From the NCBI RefSeq assembly GCF_030144855.1, contig NC_082731.1, positions 24,738,001-24,802,000 on the forward strand: a stretch of 64,000 nucleotides of DNA, given 5' to 3'. The position numbers were made by a program, and so were the translations under genes. Shown piece after piece: positions 37,621 to 51,639 of this stretch. The DNA is from Hypanus sabinus (lineage: Eukaryota). The notes under the pieces are model-generated. The model saw only the letters and a program-made list of their open reading frames with translations. It was not told where the DNA came from and did no database searches. Within the stretch, counting starts at the first letter, position 1. Each line of letters starts with the position of its first letter.

Positions 37621-38879
37621 AGGGCCTATGTACGCACACGTTGATTTCAGGAGGCGGAATTCGCCCAGGCGGTGAAGGGTTAGGTTCGCTGTATATATCA
37701 CGTGTTATGTTCTACACTCTTATGTTCTGGCCGCGTTTTTTTCTTCTGAAATACATGGTTTATTTGAGTGGCAAATGAAGTGTACGTTAGAAGTAATTAC
37801 ACTTGTGTTGATTTTTGTTGACACTCCGACAATAGAAACGAAACAATACTTTTTCTTGTGAAGAGTGTAAAACACAAACGCACTTTAACAACCGATAACC
37901 TATGAAGGTATGGATACAACCTACCGAAGAATCATAATTTAATAGCAAACTAAAGTGCATTAATATTAAATATTGTATTGGATGGAAAGGGGTAAACAGT
38001 GACAATATATTTAAAAGTGCGCGAAACGTGTTTAGAATATTTTTTTTGTTTTGGATCGAGATGGCTGCAGTGCACTTACTAAGAGAACTAGAGTGATGTG
38101 AAAAATTAAATAATTTATATGCAGAATAGGCCAGCATATTTCTGCAGGAGCATGTGCGAAAATATATTTTAAAAATCCAGTAATTTTTTAGCTAATCAGA
38201 TACATGTATATGATATCTTCAGAGAGACGAAGCAATCTGCGGCATAAACACCTATCGGACAAATTTTGATCAGCATGGAGACGAGCCAAAAAACGTACCA
38301 AGACCTTATACGATATATTTGGTAAACTTGTCAAAGCGTACAGCATAATCGCATTACAAAATTTCCAATACCGCATATGCACGTGCAGGGTTACGTATAA
38401 TATCCACAAAGTCATTATTTGACTGAATTAAATAACACTAACAGTTCAGAGAGAAGTGAACATATTTCAAAGACAAAACCTAATATGTATACTAAATGGC
38501 CATCTGTAATATAAACACGGTCAAAGCTCAGCATAATATACTAAGTTTCAAGGAGGAAAGCGATGCATTCATACAGAGAGTCCTTGAAAATGGGGAAAAG
38601 GAGTAATACGCTTTAAACATCACAGGCGTATCTTGTAATGCAGAGCATAACATTTACTGCAACAGTAAAGACTTCCCACTTACAAAGAATAAATTTGCCG
38701 AAAAAAAAGCCAATCTGGAAACACAATTAACCACTCATTTCTGATACAATAAAAAATTGTCTTTCCCCAATTTAGAATTCCTTACCGCGGGTCATAACTA
38801 TCGATTTGCATATTTACTTTGAAACTAACGGGACTGTGACAATGCATACTTATTAATCCCGTAAAGATTCTTCTGTCAC

Positions 38880-39270
38880 CTGTCCTATCACATTCCCATA
38901 GCAGATGATAGAGGCGTATAAGATGTTGAGAGGCGTAGATCGAGTGGATAGTTAGAGGCTTTTCCCTGTGCTGAATTGGTTGCCACAAGAGGACACAGAT
39001 TTAAGGTGCTTGCGAGTAGGTAAACAGGAAATGTCAAGGGTAAGGTTTTTTTTGCTTAGAGGTGAGTGTATGGAAAGGGCTGCAGACTAAGGTGGGAAAG
39101 GCGGATTCGATAGGGTATTTTAATACACTTTATGTTAGGTACATGGAGCTTAAAGGCTATAGTCGAGGCTAGTAATTTCTGGGGTAGGGTCATGTTCAGC
39201 ACAAACTTGTAGGTCGAATAGCCGGTATCGGTGCTGGAGGTTTTCTATGTTCTATCTTCTAATGTTACTA
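38880..39270 (+). mobile_element. CR1 3' fragment
   Basis: IEAYKMLRGVDRVDS*RLFP...TRGHRFKV. Confidence 0.7.
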
Positions 39271-42200
39271 TGTTGTGTGAGACATTATGAGGTACTATGT
39301 GATTCGGAATAGAATGCACGACCTTCTTACGACATTCTTTAAAAAAAAATAAACAGCGCATCTATTTTATTTCTTTTCGCATTAGGTCATTTCAGTTTAT
39401 TGACGAAAGCTCCAGTGGTATCGCAAATAAATGGTATGTGATGATATTGCAACAACTGAAGGTTTACAGAGTAGCATCCACAACGTTTTGGAGGAACTCA
39501 GCATGACAGGCTGGGAAATGAACAAAAAGTCGATCCTGTGAGTTGGGTCCGTGCACATCGCAGACCATCTCTTGCATTCAAGAATTCAGTGTGGATAATG
39601 TTTTGGTCTCTGGTACACTTTTCGGTTAAATCCCATGCCAACGGCGTCCTTTATGATTTGCATTTCCGCAAATTCTATGTTGAAGCTTTTCAGTGCATCG
39701 GCTGCATTTCTCGCGAGATAGTTGTCTGGAGTATCAGAACTCTTTGGAGAAGGTCGTTAATTTTTCGTTACATTCTGTGTCAATTTATTCTGAAAAATCG
39801 TTCTGTAATACATGGAAATTAACTACAGAATACTCTCACAGAATCCAGCCGCCAATCAATGGCAGAATCCTGTAAATTGCATTGACTCCATCTCTCAGTC
39901 TTCTAAGTACCTGCGAGTTATACTCCAGGTTGTCAGGTTTAGTGTATAGATCTGCCTAGGAAAACTTTGTTAAACCACTGCAGTGATTCAGTCGAAAGAC
40001 TACCGCACCTTATAGATAGCGACATAAAAGCACCCCGACTTCCAACTTTCCCCATGTTCTACATAGAAACATAGGATATCTAGAAAGCCTACAGCACAAT
40101 ACAGACTTTCAGCCGACAAAGATTTGCCAAATGTGTTCTTCACACCAGAACTTACCTGTGGTTACCCATCTCCCTCAATAAAGATAATTGTTCTTGATAA
40201 TCATTAAATCTGTTTATAATTAGTTACGATATTAATACTGATATTTGTAGTATCAAACCCGATGCTGAAACAATCAGTAACATAATACCTTCTGCACTAC
40301 TCCCGCATTTAAGGTGGTCGGTAATGCACGCCAATGTAGTTTTCCATAACCCAAAGACTATTATCTTATGCTTTAGTGCTGTTGCACGATCCTGAAGAAC
40401 TGTTCTGCAAAATCAACGTTGCTCAATAATCAATGCAAAATGCACTGTTTACTCTGAGAATTTGACCCAATGTAATCCGCAACAACGTCTCTGCCCGAAA
40501 AGGCGACTGTTTACTCTTTTCCACAGATATTGACTAACGTATTTCTTTCCGACAGCATTTTGAATATGTTGCTTTGGATCTGGATCTGGTTGCTTTCCTG
40601 GGAGATGGAGATCCGATACGCAACCTATACTTTGGATAGTCTGTGTTCTGTAATATTTAAATGTTATAGTGCGGGAAAAAATATCCATGACAATAAACAT
40701 TAGGTGGACGATGCGAAACCTATATGTTGTGCCGAAAGCGATGTTTCAACAATTAAGGCTCTATGATTCAAGGAATAATATGGGAAACCATTAACCTCAG
40801 TGACCGGTCCAATGTGTCCGTAGTGACTGACAGGCCCAGAGGGAATACAGCTGACAATAGCAAGTAGGGATTTAATAAATTAGAGAATTCTCCAGTTTGG
40901 GCAAAAGCGCTATCCCTCAGCTCGTCCATGATCTTCCACACCTATACCAGCGCATACGCGTGAGCACTATCTCTGTAAAGTCCTTCCATGTACAACGTCC
41001 TCTTGTAAATGAACCAGTCGTAACACGGTAAACCTTTCGGTGCCAATAAAGCTTTATGTATAATATGTGACTACTGCCGAGGTTGCATGTATTCTGAACT
41101 ACTCGTACAGACTAACGTGTTGAAGGATAAGTAAATTTCATGGAAACTCCTTCCATCGGATATTGCTTTCTCGCGCTCAAAGCTTGGTTCAAGCATCGAC
41201 AATAACCGTCGTTTCAAAAACAAACTCTGCCATCTCCTTCATAACTGATGACCGGGTACTAGTCCAGTGACATTCATGCTGCCAAACCCGTCCCTCTTCA
41301 TTGGTTAGCCAGCATAGAATTTGGTGTCCGCTCCCCTAACTCGATTACAATAGACTTCCGTTTCTGACGGACAGCGGGACCTTCGACTTTGTTAGTTATA
41401 TTTCTCTCGCTTTATTCCAAGGCCGTCCTTTACCAGACGGTCCCAAAGGTCATTAGCGCTACACAATAGTTTTGTACCGTCGATGTCAATTCTATTGCAA
41501 ATGCTAATGCAACCTTCTGCTGCGGCCGAATTCTCTGGTTAACTCAAATGGATAAACATCCTGTGTTGCTAATTACTAGTGCATCTATGCAGAGATTATG
41601 CAAAGGGTTTCATTTTCTTCAGCTTGAAATCTCGAACGGTTATATGGAGACAAGGTTTAATTGGCAAAGGAATGAGGGGGTCAAGCTTTTGTTTTAATGG
41701 GGAGTGTGTGGGCCTACAATACTCTGCTTGAAGTCTATGCAAAGGCAGATAGATTCGGAACTCTTGAAAGATTTAGATAATACGGAATTCTAGGGAAAGA
41801 GAACAATATGGAGTTTTTGTAGATAGTTATTTAATTACTAATTTAAAAGGTCCCGCCTACCATTGTGGTCACAATGATCTGCTCCTGTGCTGTGCTGTTC
41901 TCCGTTTAATTCTCTATTCTCGATGACGTAATTCATCGATTAGTGCAAGACTTTTCGAGGATAAAACGTTAGATGGCGTTGTAGGTAGTGCATTAACAAT
42001 GAAGTGGCAGATGAAATATAACGTATGAAGTGTATGGTCACACACTTAGAAAGAATGCGGAAAACGATAGACTACTTTCCAAATGTGGAAAATAAAAGAG
42101 AAATCTTCATAATCCAGAAAATTGAAGCAAACTGCATGGTAACCATTACGGTTATCTGCACGATCGTAATGGTTACCGTGCAGTTTCCCGCGATTTTCGG

Positions 42201-43869
42201 GAGAGAAAAGCAATGCTTGTTCTAATTTCCTAAGGACCGGAGTATAAAACCGTATGTATTCATACGAGGAATATATGTGTTGTGTGTTTAATATCCAAAC
42301 GTTTCTTAATATGTTATGATGCTATTGACTTAAAAGTGAATTATAATTGACTTATTATTATATTCATTGAGGAAAATGTGCGCTGTGTGTTTACTATTTA
42401 ATTCGGTAGATAACCCCCTTTAGAAACGAAATTGAGTGTATTAGCCACTTATAAGTGACCTACACATGACTTAACCCCCATATTCAGGCCGTCATTAACA
42501 ACCCCACGCCCCAGCCCCCAGTCAGCCGTTCCGCAAGAACATTATCAATATTAATGCGGTCCGCGTTCAAAAAAGTTTGGTGCCCCTGTGATAGAATGTA
42601 GGATTGGTGTTGATTGGCGGAATAGGCTCGTTCTGCTCCTTTGCCTCATGGTCTTATGGCAGCGACCGTATGTTTGGTTTGAAAGATAAATAAACGACGC
42701 AAAGCAGAGGAACTGAAGTCTAAATAGCCGTCTCGGAGGAAGTGAATGCGTGCTACGTTCTTTGCTTCATGGTCGCATCTTGCAACGGCACACTCCAGAC
42801 ACGGCGCTTGAGCCCACAGAGCTCTCAATCCACGGTATGTACCGGAATGCAGCATAGGGAAAGAAACGTCGGCGCTTCCTGCTTCATGATAAGCTCGTTG
42901 TTAAGCTGATCGGATGCATTTGCAAAATCTAAGCATAAATTGATGGTTTATCTGTCTACCGAGGAAGTTCTGCGCTGTGAGGTTTCTTTAGTTTGCATAC
43001 TGCCAAATGTAAAAGTCACGTGAGTTCTTGATGGATTGAATGCCTTGTAGAACAAAAAAAAAGGACCGATGTGAGAACCATGTTCTCCCAGATAATATCA
43101 CGGAAGCTGTATGATCCATTCAGCGTCCATGGCGGGCTATCTCGGATAGTTGTAAGTATATTGGTTCAGCCATCTATGGTACCCAACTTCTCTAAAAAGT
43201 TTTCCCTCTATCTCCTACCCATGCAGAACGCCGTATTTTCCAGTAGCAGTTCCATCGATTCTGATGAACTGCTTCTCGAAGTTAATCATAAAGCATGTCA
43301 AAGCTGCTTGCCAAGTGTCCTACAAACTTAAAAGGTAAATAACAGATTGCATGGTGTTGGGATCACTGTTAGCTTTGAAACACTTGGACGAAGCTATATA
43401 GAACATACATTCATTATTGCCTGCAGCTCAGGATTCAACAACATATTCCTCACAAAAGGCTTCACTAATCTCCAAGTCTGGCCATTGCGAAATTCTCGAG
43501 CAGCATGATCCTCGTTTTCATCATTGCGAAATGCAGTTACTGCGGAATAACAAGAACAGCTCATCTAGCTGCACCAATAGCAGTGAAGGACCACATGTCT
43601 TTATGGATCGGCGCCTCTTTACTCAGTCCATATCTATGATATTTGGCTAAGAGCAGCTGCAATTCCGTATTTAGTTTCTGACGCCGACGGCGCCGTTGAC
43701 GAAAGCAAATGAGAGGAGCATTCGGCAATTAGAATGAAGATGCAAAATGTTGAAAAATTGTGTCACAACAACATCCAGACAGACACACAACGTCAGCGAA
43801 ACCGAAGTATTGATCATCAAAGGCAGAAATATTTTGGAAGTCCATGAACCAGTCCTCATTGTTGGATCA

Positions 43870-44330
43870 GCGCTGAAGAGAGCTAGCAGGAATTAAGTTG
43901 CCCTTTATCAACATTTCCCAGAACCAGACATGGAAACGGATTGTACATGCCATCTCAAAAAAATGACGGGTCTGCTACTCTACTTTCTCAGAAGTTTGCG
44001 TAAATTCAGCATTTCATCTAACAGCTGACACACGTCAAATTAAGTGCAATGTACAAGCACCTACCTGACCGCGTCAAAGCCTGTTATAGGAGCACAGATG
44101 CCGAGGGGAATACAAGTAATCTCTAGAATATGATCGATAGAGCCCCGTCTTCTTTCACAGGCACTCCCTTAAATATGATACATGGAACGATTCCGAAATA
44201 AAGCCTCAACCATCATCAAAGTCTCACTGTAACCAAATCATGCTCTCTTCTCCAATTATACGAGCAAAATCAAGCAGGAAACAAAGAAACTGTAAGTTGC
44301 ACAAGGCCAGATTCAGCAGACGCATATTAA
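43870..44330 (+). mobile_element. Rex1/Babar LINE 3' fragment
   Basis: ctctactttctcagaagtttgcgtaaattcagc reads LYFLRSLRKFS, characteristic of the Rex1 C-terminal region. Confidence 0.55.
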
Positions 44331-45639
44331 CCTGACACCATTGTGTTCCAGAATTGTGGATCAATCCACAGACCAGAATTCCCAACTGTTTCTGCAACTA
44401 CAGACTGGATTTTAAGCACAACTATTACACAGTATTATTCATACTATTCGTACTTTGAACATATAATTGTTCTTTACTGTGAGTGTAATCATGCATGGAA
44501 ATTTCTTGCCAAGGCATACATAGAGCAGGTGAACAAGACAACATCATTCTGCGGTTAAGTGGCAAAATCTTTAAAATAAATGAATAAATATATAAATAAA
44601 CAAATATATTTATACAATACATTATACAGTGCAATATATTTTCTCCCGACAGTGCACAGACGCACGCAGTGCAGCTTAACATTCCACCGCTGGAACAACG
44701 GAGGGCATCAATGACGGGAGAAGCCAAGCCCCATCCGAACTCGGAAACCACACTGAGGCAACTCAATCACCAGCAGCATGCAAGACCGAGACTTCCGTTC
44801 TAGCACTCGTTACACAGAGTCTGCACAACACCGATGTCGACTGCCCCTGCACAAAACAAGAGTACCAGTTCTGCGGGAACTTGAAAGGTTTCAAATTTAC
44901 ATTTAACGTCTGAGAAATGTATACAATATCCATTCCGAAATGTTTTTTTTTTTTCAATGTCCATCAGAGTCTTGCGAATCCAAGTAAAATATCCAAGCTA
45001 ATCTCTAAAGGCTATATCGCACCAACCTCTATGCTTCCGTGTATCTGGGGGCAGCAGGGTCTGCAGCCAGGTCATCTCCAGCGTACCGAAACCAGCTCCG
45101 ACAATATCCGAATCGGATATCAATACATCGTTAGCCCCTTTGACACGTCGGCGCGCAAATTTTCCACATTTCCGTCCCCCGACGGTCTCTTCAATCTCGA
45201 TCACTGAGCCGTTTTCGCCGCTATCTCTTCTCCAATAGCCCAAAAGTTGCTGATGTTCTGGCAGTAGGGTTGTCTTTGGATTGTAATCCACAAACTTTAC
45301 AAAGAAGAAACCTTTCCTTGTTCCCGATGAAGCCACCGCATTTGCACATGGCGTCACTTTACTGGAGTCTCCTGGTGGTGGCTAGCTCCGAAGAGGGTAT
45401 GACGAATCAAGGTAGCAATAAGGCAACGTGCAGTCAGGAGAAGGGGACTATGGGCTAGGTAATAATTACGCCCTTTACTACACTATCTATAGATAAACCA
45501 GATGTCGATGATAACGAAATATTGTGAAGAATGTGATCAGGCATTTCAAGGTAAATTTTAACTGAGTCAGTTAATTAACATGAAAAAAGAAAAGGTCCTT
45601 GGGCATGATGCAACGCACCCCATGTAGTTAAGGGAAAGC

Positions 45640-45990
45640 TGGCATGAGGTTGCTGGGACACCGCCCTTGGATATTTTCATGTTTTCTTGTTTTACAACAT
45701 CGACACACAATAGATTTAGTTCGATTTTTTTGAAAACTCATTAGCGCAAAAAAAAACTCCTTCTTATCAACATGCTAAATAATCTCTGCAAAGATATTTA
45801 ATTTATTTTCAAATATAAATGTATTCACCCCCATTTATAATGTCATACCAAATCAGCACTGGCGCAGTCAATTGGATTTAGATGTCACGCAAGTAGATCA
45901 TGGAGATTGGTATTATTTCAACTTGTTCCAATTGATTCTCGTAAACATACACTTTTCTATGGAAAGTACAACTGTCAGTCGACAGTGATG
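45640..45990. mobile_element. Tc1/mariner-like terminal fragment
   Basis: gtattcaccccc...accaaatcagcactggcgcagtcaattggatttagatgtcac resembles the subterminal sequence of fish Tc1 elements. No transposase ORF. Confidence 0.4.
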
Positions 45991-46009
45991 ATATGCTTTG
46001 CCAAGTAGG

Positions 46010-47100
46010 TCATGACTGGACTGAACTACTGCTTCCTGCTTCTCCTTGCTGCTATCAGTTCGGCAGGCACAATCTCAATAAATCTTCAAACGGCCTTAGA
46101 CCACCTAGACAATACAAACACCTATGCCAGGGTGCTATTCATCGACTATAGTTCAGCGTTTAACACCATTATTCCCTCAACCCTGAGGAAATTAAGTAAC
46201 CTGGGCCTCTGGACATTCTTCTGCAATTGGATGCTCAACTCCATAAAGGGGTGAGCACAACCTGCGCTGATTTATGAAATATCTCCTCCTTGCGGACGAT
46301 CAACATGGTGTACCTCAGGGGAGGATGCGAAGCCCACTGTTTTTAATCTCTATATAGCCATAACTGCATGGCAAGGCATAACTCAATATTCATCTATAAT
46401 TTTGCTGATGATGCAATCGTTGTTGGCAGAGCCAGAGATCGAGAGGTGAGGGCGTACCGGAGAGAGATATGCCGACTAGTGGGGTGGAGTCGCAACAACA
46501 ACAGTGCATTTGATGTCAACAAGGCAAAAAAGGACTTATTGTGGAATTCAGAAAGGGTAAGCCGTTGGAAAATGTAATAATCTGCATATTGGGATCAGAA
46601 GTGAAGAGCGTAAGAGGTTTCACGTTCCAGGGAGTCGAGGTCTCTGAGGAACATATCTCTTCCCAGCATATCGACGCAGCTATGAAGAAGGCAAGACGGC
46701 AACGATTTTTCATTAGAAGTATGAAGAGTTTTAGTATGCCAAATCGATCACTGAAAACGTTCTAGAGATACACCGTGGAGAGCACTCTGAGAGTCTGCTT
46801 CTCTGTATGGTATGGAGATCGAACAGTAGGAGTTCTACTACACAGGGCCGGAAGAAGCTGCACAGGGTCGTAGATTTAATAGGAACCATTTTGGCTAATA
46901 GCTTACAAGTCACCCAAGACACCTGCAAGGAGTGGAGTCTCAGAACGACAGCTTCCATTATGAAGGACCCACAGCAACCAATAATTACCTGTTCCTTACT
47001 TTTACCATTCGGTAGGAGATAGAGAAGACGGAAGCACACACTGTGCGATTCAGAAGCAGATTCTACCACTCTGCCATCCGATTACTAAATCGACATTGAA
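46010..47100 (+). mobile_element. Rex1/Babar LINE RT fragment
   Basis: ALDHLDNTNTYARVLFIDYSSAFNTIIPS (46012-46254), IYNFADDA, and AAMKKARRQRFFIRSMKSF. Confidence 0.9.
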
Positions 47101-48634
47101 TTCGTGAATAATAAACCTGATTGTGTTTCTGGCGTACAATCACCAGCATCATTCTGGAGAGCTTCAACAATACTGGCTTGTTTGCATTGGGTCCACAGAG
47201 ACTCAGGCGAGGCTGAGCGAAGTTGATATAATTATTGAAGGCCTGATAAGAATACAGAACTTTACCCTATTTTGTCTGATGTAGAAATATCTAGTATGTT
47301 TACTTTAAAAGAATTTACGCACAATATTAACTTGACATAGAAAAACGTTTTAAATGCCACATTTTATAATAACATCGGTTGATATTATTGTCCGTGAATG
47401 TACACAATTTGCAATTGTAATCTTCAAATGTATAAATATGATTCCCCAAGCCTGTATCAAACTCTGATTGGGTTTTTAGGTTATTTTCCCCCCACTATTT
47501 CCTCTTGTCTGCGTCCACATGGAGTCTACTCGAACCACTCATAAGTGATAACCATGAGCTCTCTATCTTAGTCGGATTTGCTTACATCCTGGAGACTAGA
47601 ATTACTTCAAAGCATCTGGTCAACACAGGCTTCTTGGATTTTATTTAAAGTAGATACTGTTAGTACTTTAACGGATTGAGCTGACTTTCATCCAAGCATC
47701 CGGAAGCGAGAAAAAAAATCTCATTTATGGTAATTTGACGAAACGAAATCATAGCATACGTTCAGTTCAACCAATATTCATTCTGAGACGCTGCAACAAG
47801 TTTACTTTGATGTTTAACCATTGATATTTCGTCAATGGCTTTTTAATGTGAACAAAATGACATAGCGTCGATACAAGGTATAAACTGAAGTATAATGTGA
47901 CAAATGCTTCGCTGCGCGAAAGCAGCTTCATTGATGAGATCCATATCCTAGGTAAATAACTCTGATATAAACTAAAACGAAATGGCCACCTATGAAATCC
48001 TTACAGATTTGAAGACCTTCGAATGCAACGCCATTGGCAAATAATTGGTGACGGGCAAAAAAAGAAAAAAAATATATTTTGATCTAACGCAAAGTTTCTG
48101 CATTTATTTAATTTCCCATTCATTACTGATATATCTAAGTTATCATCATCGCCGAACATCTGCAACACATTAATATTACTAAGACTAAATTTAATCAGCA
48201 ATGGCTCACTATCACCACGAACTATTTGGCCTCATGTTCGCGGAGATATGGTGTTTTTGCTCATTGCTGACTGGAATAAGAAAATAACACAACCTGATTC
48301 TCTAACATTATTCTATTCATATTCTGGAATATAGCTTTGTAACACTAACGAGGATGATACCTATGAAAACCGGAAAACGGGTGGTAGGGCGTGATCATTG
48401 TTAACGGTAGTACATCAGTTTGTTTTTCCGTAATGGCTTAGGTTATCTAGTGGCATTGTGGGCGGTGCAACACAGTACATGCAAGTACCTCTTTCATTCT
48501 ACATATTACGGCCAAAACTGCGCCTATTATTTCGGGTGCTGAAATGTATCTCATAGCTCCGTAGTTCAATTTTCCAGCAGTCGGATTGCCGGGAGATCCG
48601 GTGCAAAATTTGTCCGCATGTATTTTCCAGTTGT

Positions 48635-49161
48635 TTGAAGTCACTGACATCCCGCAGAAAAATGTTAGCTTTCTTATCTCGTGCGTAATTTCGTCGTTCA
48701 TGTTTTCTTACTGTCGTTGATCCAGTAATTCTTCTTTTTTTATTCAGCCTCTTAGCAGGTTTATGCTGTAAATTCCACACACAGGACTAATTTTGTCAAG
48801 ATTGGTCTTCAGGTTTCCTCCCCTCATATTTAAGTAGAAAATATCCAATCCAATATCGTGTTGAATTAGACTCCGTCGAAGACCACAAAACAAGGAATAT
48901 TTCTGAGCCTGACCACGTTACCTACACTATTCACTTCGTCTCTCAGGTAACCGAACAGGGACTGAAGTGGTTGTTTGTATACTAAAGTATGTCAAGCATG
49001 GAAGTTACCCCATGGATCCACAGCTCATTTACTCTCGCCAAATAAACCAGACAATATTTTCTCCGTTGAGGTGAAACACCGAAATATGAATGATACAGCT
49101 ACCTATTGCTGTGCGAGAGACACAGAAAAAGATAATACAGGTGTTGTTCTGTACAATAACA
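48635..49161 (+). pseudogene. IGHV: IgH-type (IgM/IgW-like or TAILV-like) V pseudogene: leader 48635-48680, V exon about 48838-49120, RSS 49121-49161
   Basis: 46-nt leader (M>L)KSLTSRRKMLAFLS + GT. Exon reads IQSNIVLN*...LSLT/(Cys-CDR1 deleted)/QVTEQGLKWLFVY*SMSS...PWIHSSFTLAK/PDNIFSVEVKHRNMNDTATYCCAR. CACAGAA + about 25 nt + ACAATAACA. Confidence 0.88.
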
Positions 49162-49482
49162 GTACGCTGAAAGTCCATTCTTTCGATCATAAACTAATTG
49201 TATTTTTTTTCAAATGCCGTACAGACAGACCTTGAAATAAGCAAACATATTATTCAATAATTGCCTCACAGAATCGTATACACTATCGACTGTACTGATG
49301 AAACACTTTACTCTTGCTTCTCCATGTCGACACAGCTTTACCTCTGTGGAGCTGGACGCTTTCTTCAGTTCAATATGAGAAAAGGGGTTGTGTTATATTG
49401 CGATGCTGTTCTGAATTATTCACTCATTTAAATAGGTCAAAGTCGATTTTCAGCAAATCATTATTTTCAAGAAAGGTGTTTA

Positions 49483-49563
49483 TTTTTTTGATTCGGACTG
49501 CCTCACTGTACCTCTACTGTGGGGTCACTGTGTTGAAAACGACAAAATCCCCGTACAAAAAAA
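49483..49563 (+). other. IgH-type D1 (cctctactgtggggt, 49511-49525) with 12/22 RSSs
   Basis: tttttttga + 12 nt + CACTGTA (49504-49510). CACTGTG (49526-49532) + 22 nt + ACAAAAAAA (49555-49563). Confidence 0.8.
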
Positions 49564-49736
49564 AAGTCTTTTTCGAAATTACTATCACAGCAGGAGAAGC
49601 AGTCGAATGGGGATTCGTATAAAATTTAAGCGCATATCTGAGTTTAAAATAAAAGAACACATTTTAGTGATGTTCTAGGCAAACGAAGTCAACGGTGGAT
49701 AGCATGCAGAAGGACATAGTTAGCAGATATACTGCG

Positions 49737-49805
49737 AATTATTTGGCGGAACTTGCTTCACACTGTTTCCTGGGTGGCACAGAGGTTACTGCAAATAAAG
49801 GAAGC
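49737..49805 (+). other. Probable IgH-type D2 (tcctgggtgg, 49768-49777) with degraded 12-type RSSs
   Basis: CACTGTT (49761-49767) and CACAGAG (49778-49784) flank a 10-nt core about 240 nt after D1. Nonamers are degraded. Confidence 0.55.
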
Positions 49806-50063
49806 TTCCTATCATTAATTTTTCGTTTTTGAGTTATCGGTCGTCATTAATAATGTTGTGAAATTTCACTTAAGACGATCACATTCATTGGTGTAAATGC
49901 ATTGAACCTGGTGGTTCATCATTTGTCTGTCACCATGTCTACTGATATTTCGTATAGTGTTAGCCTTAAAGCATTTCTTAGATTTATTACATTTTTGCTT
50001 TAGTAATTCGTTTGTAATTATTTTCTATTTAAAGTTAATGTCGTTGAAAGTAAATTCGTTGTA

Positions 50064-50628
50064 TGTGATGTATCGCGGCATGCGTTGACGTGACACCCGT
50101 TTTCGACGCGTCTTGTGGGAAAATACCGGTTCGGAGAAGAGGGAAGGAGAGGGTTTGTGTGCAGTTTCAGCGCGAGAAAAGTTTTTTATTCTACGGACTA
50201 AGAAATATCATAGTAGCAAAGCCGTAAGGTTATAAGTTAATCGATATGTTGAAGGAATAGGGTTAATGTTGATTCGGTTAAAACTTAAGACTGTTGATAA
50301 AGGTTATTTTCTTTGTTATTGGAAGCGTTGCTGGATAGTTTTTGTGAAGTGTATTTAAAGCCAGTTGATGGCATTAGTAAATTCTGACGGTATGTTGTAC
50401 TTTAATGTAATCTAGTTCGTTGTAGTATTACTTTTACAAGTATTTATGATGTAAATGCGACGTCAAGGAGGAAAAAAATACTGTATATATATTGTAATGT
50501 TTTATCAACAGTTTTCACCATACGTTAATGTGGAAGAATTAACAGTAAACGGTTAATCTTACTGCGATCGTGCCCTCATTGACTATGGTTTACCTCGGTG
50601 CTTAGTTCAGAGTTTTTACACCTGCACA
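50064..50628. mobile_element. Probable solo LTR
   Basis: A block of about 560 nt starting TG and ending CA, with a GC-richer start and no internal ORF. Boundaries are approximate. Confidence 0.45.
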
Positions 50629-51639
50629 GGAACACTGCACATATAAATGCCAGAAATAAAGAATTGTGCTGCCTTATATCGTTTTAAAGTTTCCTTTCAT
50701 CGCGTATTTATTATTAAGATCAATGTTGGCTTCAAATCTGTTTTGAAAGATAAATATATGAACTTTTATCATGTTTTGCAAGTCAGTTACAGAACTGGTT
50801 ATTCTGTGGTACAGCCCAAAGAAAACAACACCGCACCTATTTTGATAACAGTGGAGGAGGCATTTTTGTGACGGTAATAAACAGAAAAGTCTATTATCAG
50901 TATCCGTTCCAATTGTAATTTAATTCCATATTTCGGTGATGATTTTGATTATTCTTCGCTCTTTTTATATTTCCCATCAATTAAATTGTGCATTAACTTA
51001 GTTTTAATAATTGGATTGTGATTCAGGTCCATGGATATTCGGGAAATTAGTTTTTCATTTTAACGTTGACACTAAAATAAGTTTGAATTAGTACTTACTT
51101 GCACAAAGAGAATGGTTCTGATCTTTTTCAATACTATGATTTGCTTACATTTTTTTGGATTAGTGACACCGATAAACTAGGCCAATATCCATCCGTCCTC
51201 AAACACGACAGATATTCTGTTTCGGTCTCTTTCTACTGTGCATGTAACATTAAACAAACCAAATTTAGCTGCAATGTGAGAGCCAAGTAGCCACAGTTCT
51301 GAAATTTATGTATTAGCTAACACAGTGGTATTAATAACTACTAAACTAGTCCCCAACAAGGCTTGAAGGGAGTAAATACATAATGTTGTCTCATAACGAG
51401 AAGTGGCAAACTTTCAAAGTACCCAAACTCAAAAGCTTTATGCATCCGCATGAATTGATCTAAGGGTGGAGTTGTAAGTGAAAGCAATATCACAGTATTC
51501 AAGAAAATCCCGTTGCAATCAATGCGATCCTTGGAGTATAAATCCATGTTTCGTCCGTCTTTCAGAGTTATTTGAGATGAAGAATAAAGGACAAGTGGGT
51601 ACTATACGGTTCTGGAATATTAAGTGAGTAGTAGAGAAA

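Noticed and set aside
40566-40703. Short ORF MLLWIWIWLLSW... resembling a signal peptide
   Set aside because: It arises from a tggatc repeat, has no splice donor at leader length, and no recognisable V follows.
51270-51330. tgcaatgtgagagcc followed by cacagtt and cacagtg
   Set aside because: No V framework upstream and no nonamer at 12 or 23 nt.
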